A stretch of 39,256 bases of DNA from Vermamoeba vermiformis (Eukaryota). Position numbers and translations under genes: made by a program. The notes beneath the pieces were generated by a model that was not told where the DNA came from, did not search any database, and worked only from the letters and a program-made list of their open reading frames with translations. The stretch's first letter is position 1. Every line of letters starts with the position of its first letter. The stretch is from contig JBEWZL010000081.1 in NCBI GenBank assembly GCA_045837725.1, positions 62,001-101,256 on the forward strand. The letters are read 5' to 3'. Shown in pieces: positions 1-11,778 of the stretch.

Positions 1-935
1 TTTAGCCAAGGTTCTGGCGACTTTTCGGCAGCAGGTCCACTAAAAAGCAATTTTCTGATATTACTTTTTGCCAACGCATCCAGCAAAACTTGAAGTCTGG
101 TCGGTGCCTTCGGTGTAAGATTAATTTTTATGCATCGCAAATTTGTCGTCTTTGTTACTAGGTTTGCTAAATATGGTATTACTTCATCTCCAGAAATCTT
201 ACTAAATTGAAATGACTTCAATTGATCGTGTTTGATCACGTGATCGATGAACTTTAAAAAGTGTCCATCGGGGGCCACAGGCAATTCGTCTTCGAAGAAA
301 ATTCCATCCATACAGTCGATGTGATTGACATTTGTTGTTTGCAATACTTCAATTAGTTGTCGATAAAGACCGTCGTTGTCCACCAAACTGAGTATTTCTA
401 ATTTGAAGTTTTTAGCTGGTACATTCAGTCCTTTAATACTGTCCAGAATTTCCTCTAAATCTTCAGGTTCAATTTGTAGTTCTAACTTTTTGAGCGGGCG
501 GTTATTGAGTCTGATCGAGTTGGTAAAGCTATCAAAGGCTTCGTGGTCTATCTCATCGAGTATTGATAGCCGAATCTCCTCTATTGATCGATTATGTGCC
601 AACATCGCCGAGTAACCACAGATCGGACGCATCTACCGAAAATTCGATAACGAGAGATTTTGGGGATGTTGAAGTCTTCAGCACTTGACATACATTGCTG
701 AATGAGTCTTTAAAATCTCCACTAACAAACACACCCTTTTCCACAAGATTGTAAACTTCTCCTGGCCGCATCTTCATCCCCAGTATCGACGTCAAAAATC
801 CAATCTTTAAGTAATTAAAATAATAGTTTAAATTATAAGCGACGAAAATAGTTAGTAAAAATTCCGGAATTGAAAATGAGTTTAATAGTTCTTGGATGCC
901 CTACTTACGTTTATTATTTGTGGATTGTTCTCCAT
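1..935 (-). CDS. 5' part of an LRR/RNI-like protein gene, continuing past the window start, with an apparent frameshift near 605-625
   Basis: ATG at 935, exon 909-935 (MENNPQIIN), GTAAGT...TTAAAG intron 805-908, then in frame IGFLTSILGMKMRPGEVY...DLWLL. A different frame is open from ~625 to base 1 (MLAHNRSIEEIRLS...LKKLEL...LRCIKINL...IRKLLF), with LxxLxL-like periodicity. Confidence 0.55.
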
Positions 936-1130
936 GATCGATTAATATTAATTATAAATATTATTATGACTTTGTCACAAGTGGTCGTGATCTTGTGGTC
1001 GTGATTGAACTGTATTTTGTAAAATAAAAATTGTTGCTTCATTGACGTAGATATCTGATGAAGAAATTTCTTTATTAGAGTATAGGATGATCTTTAGATT
1101 TTAAAGTTCTGTAGAAATAATGTAACACTA

Positions 1131-1281
<151 letters not shown>

Positions 1282-1304
1282 TTATTGCTTCCACAGTAAC
1301 AAAG

Positions 1305-2907
1305 CTAGTGGTCAGTCTCGCCAAAGGTAAAGATCATATGTTCTTCGTACTGCAGCTTCGTCAAATGATTTTGAACCGTCGTGCAGAAGCCAACAGGGCC
1401 GCACACAGCAATCAAATTTTCGTCTTTAGGAGCAGGCAAATACTCGTGCAAAAGGCTTCGCGTCACGCGACCACTTCCAGCGACGAACATGACGTTGAAT
1501 TTGTGCGGGAACTGACGTGCTAATTGCTCTAGCTCTTCCTGGAACATGATGTCTTGTTCGCTCGAAGCAGCGTATAACAGTTTGATAGTCGTTTCGTCGC
1601 TTTGATTGGTCAGCACGGCCATAACAATGCTGAGCAGAGGAGTGAGGCCCGTGCCACCAGCAATCAGTCCCAAAGATCGGTATTGATTCGGCAAGTAATA
1701 GAAGCCACCGCTCGGTCCCATCATCTCGACTGTATCTCCGATTTTCATTGAATCGTGCAGCCAAGAGGACATCGCTCCATTTTGGTATCGCTTGATGGCG
1801 AGCGCGACTGTGCCAGGTAAATTCATTGCTTGCATCTTCGCACTAGTGCTGCCTTGACGTCCAAAGTAGCGTACGAGTTCAGTGACCGGCGTGTAAGGCC
1901 TGCAAACGACCTCGGTCTTGGTCTGATGCCGCAAAGTCACGTGATGTCCAGGGAATGTGAAGAGTTCGGCTTTGTCGGGCAACTGCAACACAAATAGTGC
2001 TGTGTTGCGCGCTACTTCTAACTTCTGAACAAGTTTGGCGTGTACAAAGTTACGTTTGTAACTAACGACACGTGTCACACCGTCCTCTTCTGACACCGCC
2101 GACATTGGTACAGCAACATAATGACGTTCAATGTTGACTTGATTCGCTCGCTCTCGTCGAATATGTATCTCCAACACGACTATTGCCAATGTCCAGAGGA
2201 ATGGCGCGACGATGGCCAGCGCGTCACCTTGACTTGTCGACGGATCCAGTGCACCATAAAGAAGCACTCCTGGACGCATGAGCACGATGGCATATGACAG
2301 TACGTAGGCCCTTAGCATCCACTCTCGATGCTTTGTAACGTTGGCTTGGTAGCGCATGTAGTACCAGCCCAGCACGCACTAATTCACCGAGTTAAAAAGA
2401 TTCATTTGAAGAAGTTAAAACTTACACAAACGATCCAGCTAGCAAAGAAGAATACGCCAAATATTTCCGACGACTTTCCGCCCTCTGCTTTGCCAGAAGC
2501 TACGATGATGAGTCCGCCACTAACTGATCCAAGCACGCTAAAAAGTGAAATGACGCCCATCACTCGATGCGCTTTAGGATTCTTGGCACGAATAAAAGAG
2601 AAGAACTGAAGAGCGCCTAATATTAACCATGTTGAGCCAGGGAATGCATGGAGGTAGAAGCCAACTTGAGGCAGTAAGTCAGGGTAAATCCGTTGCAAGT
2701 TGTTGATCGGCGGCATTAGCATTAAAATACCGACGTAGCCTACTGCAAATAGGCATGCCAGGATAAATACCGCCCACCTTAGTGTCGCCCATAAGCGTAT
2801 TCGGTGCTTGAGCGGGATGTTTACGCTCATAAACCGATCGGAACCTTAACTCAACAATTAACTTTTGTGGTTACAAAAATAGTTAAATTATTACCTTCAG
2901 TGTCCAT
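1305..2907 (-). CDS. DUF2306-like polytopic membrane domain fused to an NADH-cytochrome b5 reductase-like FAD/NAD-binding domain
   Basis: Exons 2895-2907, 2426-2844 and 1305-2378 join in frame through GT-AG introns of 50 and 47 nt. N-half has TM helices with YLHAFPG, LQF, HRVMG and HREWMLR motifs. C-half has RPYTP, GAMS, GPSG, LIAGGTGLTP, CGP and a C-terminal IFTF. Confidence 0.85.
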
Positions 2908-3646
2908 TGTTGTTATTTGAAGTAAATTGCTTTGACATATGGTATCTTAACGCTTTTAAGTAGTCGGTAGTCGCGCGAGAGACCGTTTTATGATGTCATT
3001 ACCTTTTTTGGTACCAACCATGCACACTTTCACCCGTCGAAATTCCTAATCTCAAACGCGGATATCCGAACGCCGAAAGCCGAGCGCCGAAGCAGCGATA
3101 GTGATTGTGTAAAGGCGGAGTTGAAAGTAATTGCGCGAGTCGTGTCTCCTTAGACTTCCGATCTTCCCTCAGCATTTGTTGACTGTGCCATTTTTCTAGT
3201 ACCTTCAACTAGCATTTCTTAGTTTTGTTGGTCTTAATCACTAAAATTTGACGTAAGTTACATTTACTTTGGATTTTGATCGGATCTGGAAAATAAAAAT
3301 AATTCAAGAACTGAAATTATTGACAATATGCTTAATATTATTATGTCATAATTATTCAAATATTACCATAATTAAACCGCGCATTTTAAACAATAAGCGA
3401 CGAAAAAACGGCTTGTTTGACTATACAGAAGGATCTTGGCTTCAATTTAGCGTGGAACCAGCCACATTAATTCACGAATACGAGTCGGGGTGCTTACTGT
3501 GGTTCCATTAATGCAGAACAAAAACTGAAATGTTCGTCGATCTTTCCATTTTTCAAGCCACGAAAGACAAGCACGCTAGATATTTCTTGCTTAGCTAATA
3601 TTTATATATGATCGTATGACACAATTATAGAACAACCCGTCAAAGA

Positions 3647-5459
3647 ATGCGAGCATTATTATTCACGGCTCTGATCGCTATCTTTGTTTGTGTTTACCGA
3701 TCAGATGTGGCTTATGCCGCTAAATTATCAGCGAATAATATGAATTTCACTCTATGGGATCAATTATTAAATAATTACGTGTACAGAGGTAAATATTTTG
3801 ATCCACGGAATGAGAAGCTGCAGATCTTGCGTGCAATCAGCATTCTAATATTAAAATTAATTTGTAACGACCTATTTCTCAATTATGCCCAATTTTTAGC
3901 TTTAAGATTAAAATTTAAAAATTAATTTTTGTTTTATTTATTAGGCACACTTGAAAGTATTGATGTCAATATTGTAAATTATACTGCCATGGCAGCTGAT
4001 GAAAATTTCTATCGATTTGGTGACGAGTTAGTGCACGCGAACACATCTGGCTTCAATCAACAGCAGTATTATGCCTTTTGGATGAATGTCTATAATTATC
4101 TCACTATTAAACTCGTAAGTTATTAATAACAACTAATTATAGCATTAAAAATCAATATTAGCAATATTTTCGGATTTTTAAGCAATGGAAGATTACAACT
4201 AATTTTCGCTTAATATTTCCTAATTAGGTAATCGATCACCCGTGCCAGAAAGATCTATTCGGCAGCTGTCGGCCATTGACCTCAATCAGACAAATTGGGC
4301 AACAACAACCCTCGTGGATAGTGACCGTATGGAACAGGCCTATTGAGGACCTGCCTGTGGGTGGTGTGGTCTATACTTTGGATCAAATTGAGGTAAGTAC
4401 ACGTGCTCGCATTTTGATCAAATTAGATTGTGCATTTTGCTGGCAAATAGAGAGGCGACAATTTTCATGAACGAAATAATTGTTGCAATTGTTGTCGCAT
4501 TGGCCCGCTTTAATAACGTCAATTGTGACACAAATGTATCTAATATGTTTAATTTAATAGGGCTCATTGCGATCACCGTCTAAATCGTCGAACATAACGG
4601 CAGATCCAAGGTTACACGCTTGCATCGGTATGACGACTATAATTAGTTTACACATCGTACCTTAAATTAATATACTTAACAAATACTAGTGTGTGCATCG
4701 ATTAGTTGTCCAGACTTGCAAATTGGCGCGTTTACTCCAGAGCTTTTAGATTATCAAATGGACACGCGCATGAGACTATTTTTAGCTAACCCGGGCAAGG
4801 GCTCAAAGTTAGACAAGTAAGTAGACAATAGTTAGTTACTTATATATATATATATATAAGTGCTTATTTATGGCGGTACCTGGTACTAATTGAGTGGAAA
4901 TACTTTTAAAGGACGCAAGATCTGTTGACGCAGTCACCAATATTCAATTGGTTCGAGAGTGATTTTACTGGGCCGAATATTAATAATACCTTACAATGGG
5001 GTAAGTAGAGTACTATAGTTACAGTTGGTGATTCGTCCATAATACCCCGAATTTTATCCATGGATCTAACCGTAGTTTTACAGTCACGCAGTACTTGCCT
5101 TCAGATTACCAGTCGTTCATTCAGTACGTAATAAATTCGATAAAATATAGACTACACAGTGTTTGGTGGCTAACAATCCACTTTTAGAGCCAATTCGTCG
5201 CAAATAATTGTGGAGTACTTTAATTACAATTGGGACCTGAATGGCGATATGAGCTGTAACTGTTCGGCAGTAAGTTGTAACGTTATGGCAAATATAATTA
5301 TATAATGCTGAGTAATGAATTTTGAAATAGAATCGAGCGTGTTTCCCGTGGTGGGCGTTGTTGGCAGCCTCAGGAGGTTTAATCATTTTAGTAGCGAGTG
5401 TAACGGCGTGTATTCGATATAGAGATGCTAGAAGAGCTAAATATGTCACTGTGCAATAA
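3647..5459 (+). CDS. DUF547 domain protein with signal peptide and C-terminal TM helix (multi-exon)
   Basis: Signal peptide MRALLFTALIAIFVC. Motifs LWDQLLNNYV, VNY, AFWMNVYNYLTI, YTLDQIE, DPRLHACIVCASISCP and SPIFNWFESDF. Last exon WWALLAASGGLIILVASVTAC...VQ-TAA (5457-5459). Confidence 0.85.
4841..4858. repeat. (TA)9 microsatellite in an intron
   Basis: Direct reading. Confidence 0.9.
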
Positions 5460-5633
5460 AAAATTGAATTTAAGTAGAAATCTTATTTTGTTTGTAATTA
5501 ACCTCGCTTCAATTGAATACGCGATGATCTGTAACAAATAGTTTGAATTATTTAATGAATTATTTAATGCGTTGAAATACAAGCGTTGGTGAGATTAATT
5601 CTTGTGAAAAGAATTCGATCCGGATGGAGATCC

Positions 5634-5878
5634 TCACAAGGGTTCTACTTGTATGTTGTCCTTGCCATAAACGGTAATTAATTTTGAGGGCTGTAGGTAG
5701 ATGCCTCTTCTGTCTTCGTCGTCGAATTTGACGGCAACTACTTCCGAGAACTGCGCGTCCATACGTCGCTGTCGCCGTGCACGAGTTTGAACCACGAGTC
5801 TTCGCCTTGAATATTGGAATACTTCGAGACAAAGACCCAAATAGTTCTGTTGGATAAGTTCAAGACTCTGAAGCTCAT
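5634..5878 (-). pseudogene. Small ~81 aa beta-rich protein gene with a 1-nt frameshift (pseudogene or indel error)
   Basis: ATG 5878 gives MSFRVLNLSNRTIWVFVSKYSNIQGEDSWFKLVHGDSDVWTRSS. Adding one base near 5744-5748 continues into EVVAVKFDDEDRRGIYLQPSKLITVYGKDNIQVEPL-TGA. The span is 245 nt, one short of a multiple of 3. Confidence 0.65.
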
Positions 5879-6265
5879 TGTTGTGTGTTGGTGCGTTGAG
5901 TTTGCGTTGAGTAATTGAATTATTTTCGCACCTCTTCTTCTCTTTTTATGGCTGTGAAGAATTATCCACGTGATTAATTCTTTCCGTAGAAATCAGGTGT
6001 CTAAGAATGGAGAGAAGCTTCGATTTTACCCTAGGGTGATTCTTTGTGCTTTCAAAAGATCTATTTTTAACATAATTGGAATTCTTTTGCTTAAAATCAT
6101 AAATTTTATTTAGCAAAGCGGTGTTCTCAACTTGGTTCTGGCTGTTTAAGGGCGATACGTGTCAATTCTCGCTCTTTTATGTTGAAAAATTGACTCCTTT
6201 GAGAATAGCACAATTCTTCATATTTACAACAAACATGATCAACTTAATATAACCATAGCATAAAC

Positions 6266-7294
6266 ATGGAAACCAACGTTAAAGAAACGGATCCTTGGTT
6301 TGGATTGCAACCTATCGAAGCTGGCGAGCTTTACGCGACAATTGAAGATGGAATAACTCGTTTAGATATTCAAGCAAAAATGGAACACCCAATTTTAGAG
6401 GTAAACTGTCAGCGGAAGCGGAAAATCGGATCCCGCAATTTTATTAAGCTAATCATAGTAATGAGCAATTCGACAATTAAATTTAATAAATATGCACGTC
6501 TGTATTATTTTCGCTTTTTCTAAATTTTTCCAATTACAGGAGAGCGAGATATCAAATCCACCTTCTTTAACGATAGTAAAGCAAGGCGACGTTGTAGGTG
6601 AGCTTAATAACCTATTGTCCATAACAATAATAACCCCCTTTCTGTTATTTATAGGCTGGGGCGTTATCTATACTGGCACAGATCCGTTACAAAGAGGTAC
6701 CCGAACCGTAGATCCAGTCTTTTCTCAATTAATCCTAAATTTCCAGGCCAATATATTTGCATTTACAAAGGTGCTGTAAAGACGAAGCAAGGCCTCGAAG
6801 ACACCCACAGCACAAAGAGGTACTTGACCCAATTGGACTCGCGCAAGCAGATCTACGTCGACGCTGATATTCATCGAAACATTGCTGGATTTATTAATCA
6901 CTCGCACGGTAAGTACTAGTTCGATATGATATTAATATATAAGCAAAAACTCAAGCGAGATCTATCCTTGTCGCATTACGAGATCAGGACTCTTTTGTTT
7001 GTATACAGCACACCTAAATATATCTCATGATAGATGCTAACCTAGCTCAAAACAGATCCAAACTGTGACTTGGGTGTTGAGAACTACAACGGCGTTCAAG
7101 TTGTCGTGGTACGTGCTTCAAAGCAGATCGATCCGCACGAGTTCCTCTCCCTCGACTATGGTTGGACTTCAACGGACCCGAATGAACTCAGCATTGCGTG
7201 TCAGTGCCATGCGGTTAATTGTCCGGGCACACTGTTTCAACCGTCACTCATCGCGCTGATCCAAGCCAAACACGGACTCGTAAATCCGAAGTAG
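6266..7294 (+). CDS. Small SET-domain lysine methyltransferase with post-SET zinc motif (about 5 exons)
   Basis: Spliced product contains GWGV, ICIYKG, VDA...NIAGFINHSHDPNC, LSLDYGW and post-SET CQCHAVNC. Confidence 0.88.
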
Positions 7295-7855
7295 CACGGG
7301 TGCCCTCTGGGTGGTAAGCGATAAATAACACTAGAATAGTATGAGCCTAATGCCAAAAAGGAGTGAGTGGCTTACTCGAATGAATGGAACTTGAGATCTT
7401 GCGTCGCGGATTACAATATGACCGTCAATCAGCCCTTGCCTCCGGGAGATCAGTTCGACAACTGATCCTATGGAAGGCGTGGTTGGTCTTAATATCTTTC
7501 CTTTGGATACGTGCAACAGGATCCCGTACCTCGGCTACGATTACTACGTTGAAGCAGTTGCACGGTGTGAAATCAAGTCGAATTCCTATTCGAGGCAGCT
7601 ACTTCCTCGACAAAGTGAACTATCGCACCAACTGCACTGCAGCGCCCTATATGAGTCTGAAAACAGTGGCAGTGCTTGTGTCGTCACACCAACTTCACTT
7701 GAATTTTGTGGCTCGCTATCCTGGCTTGCTCGTACAAATGATTAATTAGTTATTTCCTTAATAATAAATCAAGTGCTCATTGACCATGAAAGGTTTGTGT
7801 GGGTGTTACATGACGTTGGACAAAATATCTTTTTTCCGGATTGCAATACAATTCA

Positions 7856-10800
7856 ATGGAAGACGCAACAAAAGAAACAAAAAAGAGACCACGCGAAGGT
7901 GGATTAGACAGCAGCGATCCTAGCATTACTCGTCCAATCAAGCGAAGACGTATTGAAGCAGATTTCGAATCTCCAAACGTTATTTTGCCAGCAGAAATAA
8001 TGCGCGAGGTATTTCAAAATCTTCCTCGAAATGATTTATTGCACTGCATGGAGGCTTGTAAATATTGGCATCAGAATGTTTTGTCGGTCTTTCACGGTTG
8101 GATGCTTGTTTGGGAAGATTACTTGAATTACAGACATTCTTGGGGCAATAAACGCGGTAAGTAATATGACTTAATATTATTTCTTATTTTAATTTTTCCC
8201 AGGTTGGTGGGTTGCAAGGCGAAGTTTTATGGGAGCTGATCGTGGATCTACCAGCTATTTTACCGTAAAAATCTAATTTAATGAAATCTGTGATATTTAA
8301 CTAATTTTATCGACCGGACAGAAAGACACGGGCAAACCTCTATTCGAAGAATTGGTCGACAGACAGATCATACCACCCAACAAGGAACTCGCCAATAAAG
8401 AGAGCGATTATTGGAAATTCGATGTAATTTCATCGTCAAGCTATAATGCAAACGCAAAGTACTATTTTAATACCAAAAAGTACGGTACTTCATTTGATAC
8501 CAGATTTGCTTTTTTTAACCGTTCAATATGTTCAGCATTGAGCGCGATGTCCAACAAGGAAAAGACATAGATAATGAAGATCTGATTATTGATGCTCTAG
8601 TCACGCAAGAAGTGCTTAAATTTATGGAGGATAAAGGACCTGCCTTGCTGGACGCTTCAAAAGCGATGTTTCCATTCGTATGTCTCAAACTATCTTGCCT
8701 TTACTTATAAAGCCTCTTCTTCAATATCATATTAATGCTCAAGAAATTAATCAGATCCCACCAAAACGAGATGCGCCTAAAGGGTTGAAACAAGGGACGA
8801 AATTTCATCGCTATCAACTCGATGCCATAAATTGGATGCTTTCAGTTGAAGAAGAGTCCGAGAAAGGTATTATATAACTTAAAATATTTGCGTTAACGAA
8901 ATCAAACCCTAACCCTCTCTCATTTGTAGAATTCAAATATTGCGTTCTTGTGCCGTGGCGTGCATCAAGACTCAACGTACTCGTTAGTTTGAGCGATGAG
9001 AAGTTTGTATCACCTTCTAATATGGACGAGTACATTGGTTCAGTGAAATCGAAAGGAGGCGTTCTTGCGGATGCCGTTGGACTTGGAAAAACGATCGAAA
9101 GTACGTTGATTTATAATGAATTTAGCCTATTATAACGAAACTATTACAACTTGGTACTAATTTATCGTAGTTATTGGTCTGGCGCTCTCTTCTTACACGA
9201 AAGAAAAATTGCCTGATATTGACGCTGAAACCGGCTTCTTGAATACAAAGGCCACTTTAGGTACGATAATCATTAAATAGATTAGCAATGACGCTAAAAT
9301 CTTTTAAGGAACGCGTTTTGTCGAAATTCCGACCAAGTTTCCGCATTAAATGTTAGCACAAAATATAAAAGCACGATCGTCCCTTAAATATTTTTTTACA
9401 TATTTTTATTTTTACCCTTACAGTTGTTTGTCCGAATCACTTGCACCAACAGTGGTGCGAACAGATTGAAAAGTATACCGATTTGAAAGTCGTGTCAATG
9501 ACCGTATTCAACGATTACTCTAATCTTACTTACGGTGATATTGCTAATGCTGGTGAGTCGTAAAAAAAAATGGAACCAACTTTTAAATACTAATATGATT
9601 AATATGCCTAGATTTCATTGTCGTGCCGTCAACTTTCATCAAAAACAAAAAATATTTTATGATTGGCTGTCCAGGCACCGACTTTGGCCGCGGAGGTGTC
9701 GCGAAGAGAAAACAACTCTTGACTGAAAAACACTTGCCAGCGATCAAAAAGAACAAAAAACTTGCCGCGACTAAAGAGCCCGTGCTCGATCTGTTCTTGT
9801 TTAATAGGATCATTGTCGATGAAGCGCACGAAGTGCTCGCGGATCCGTTTGTTACCGGTACGAATCGAAATTTCTCACTTTGATACCAAGATATGCATTA
9901 ATATGTAATGTTATTAGATCTCGTGTCATCGATTCCAAAGAGGTATGGCTGGTACGTCAGTGCAACGCCTTTTCCTTCCGAGTAAGTTCTTTTTCTTACT
10001 TTACGATCAAGTGACTTTACCTAATTTGGCAATTAACGAAGAAAACTCTATACGGCTGCAAAGATATTTTTGGAGATCTTGCCGCTTGATTTCGTGGACG
10101 GAAAAACTGTTGCGGAACAATACGAGGGGTAAAATTAAAATTCCAGAACTTTCCCAAATATAACATTTGACATTGTAGCTTTGTTGAAAACGACATTATT
10201 TTTAACAATCTGATTTGGCGCAACACCAAAGAGTCTATTCACGATGAATATCAAGTGCCTGATTACGAAGAAAAACTCATTGAAATTGACTTCACGCCCA
10301 TCGAACAGCTCATTCACGATACCAGTACGCTACGACTATTGAATAATATACTAGTAATAATATATTTAACTTTAATAGGCAACAATAAGCTCGCTTTGTG
10401 TGCAGGACAAGCAAAAATTCTAAATTTGGACATCGAACGTGACTTTCAAATCAATCGAGTGAAGGTAAGTCAAAGCTATTTATTTTGTAATATTTAAAAT
10501 ATTTATTTAATAAATTAATGTCTTGGTAGGACGATATTAAGAATTTAGAACGAAAAATCGAAGACCTGAAGGCACGAATTGAAAAGAAAAACAATGATAT
10601 TCAAGCTGAAGAAAAAGTAATAATACAAATCATTATTTATTCTGACATGCGTATTAATATAAGTATTATAGAAACTGGAAGAAGAACTTGCGGATCCAAA
10701 AGAAATGGATCCGTTCGAAGTCCACGATATCAACAGAACTTTAAAGGCCTATCAATCGATGCTCGAGCAGTACATTGAATCGCTTGAGCGACTCGAAAAA

Positions 10801-11634
10801 GAGTTAGTGAAGGAAAAAGAATTATTAGAAAAGTGGTTGAATACGGAGTACTTGTTGAAGGGCAAAGAGATCCGCGACAAAAAAGAATTGGCTCATCTCA
10901 AGCTAGTGACTACTAAAGGTAGCAAAATCACTAAATTAATTGAATGGTTACACGAGGCAATTAAAAAGGATAGAGATAATCGCTTCATAGTGTTCTCCAA
11001 GGTACGTTACAAAAATCATCCTGTAGAAATTCTACGAATTTAATTTGTCTTTTATTTCCAGTACACGGAATACCTCGAAAGTATTCAAGAAGTGCTGCTC
11101 GAAAATGGAATCAAGTCCGTTTCCGTTGAAGGGTAAGCACAGAATTTAGATTTTAAATCAGCACCTAATTTGGATCCAGATCGAGCGCGCAAAAGATCAA
11201 AGCGATTCAACAGTTCAAAGAAGAGAATATCAAAGTGATCATGTTAAGTCTTGAAAAGTCAGCTTCAGGCTTGAACTTGATCGAAGCCAATCACGTGGTC
11301 TTGTTGGATCCGATGGACGGTACGGTCGAAGAAGCACGTGCTTTTGAAGTCCAAGCTCTTGGTCGTGCACATCGCCAAGGACAAGATCAAAAAGTCAATC
11401 TCGTGCGTCTAGTCATGAAGAACAGCAAAGAGGAAGAACTTTACTTGCGCAACAAATCTTCGGGACGAGGTACGCGTTGATTTCTTATAGTTTTTGTTTA
11501 CCTTAAAAGATACTTAGATTGCTGCTATGACAGATTCCAAACAAGGTGCGAACAAGTCAGGCAAGCCAATGTTAGCCAAATCCAACAGCGCCACTTCACT
11601 GCGAAATCTTGCCGAGTACAACGCAGACGATTAA
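7856..11634 (+). CDS. F-box + SNF2-family (RAD5/16-like) ATPase/helicase, many exons
   Basis: F-box LPAEIMREVFQNL...CMEACKYW. Helicase motifs HRYQLDAINWM, GGVLADAVGLGKT, VVCPNHLHQQW, RIIVDEAHE, WYVSATP, SKITKL...FIVFS, SGLNLIEANHVVLLDP and QALGRAHRQGQ. Stop TAA 11632-11634. Confidence 0.9.
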
Positions 11635-11778
11635 AATTAATAAGAATCGTAATTACAGATTTATCAATGAGGCAGATGGTTTTTTGACAACCCTGCTCCC
11701 TCGATCCGAGGCGCAGTCAATTTAGGTGTCATATTTTTTCACATAAAATCACCGTTTCGGTGTCTTTTGTCGATCTGT

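Noticed and set aside
2999..3511. Short ORFs in the divergent intergenic region
   Set aside because: Non-ATG starts, no motifs; probably promoter DNA.
7331..7749. Short overlapping ORFs between the SET and SNF2 genes
   Set aside because: Coding-like composition, but no recognisable motif or consistent splice model.
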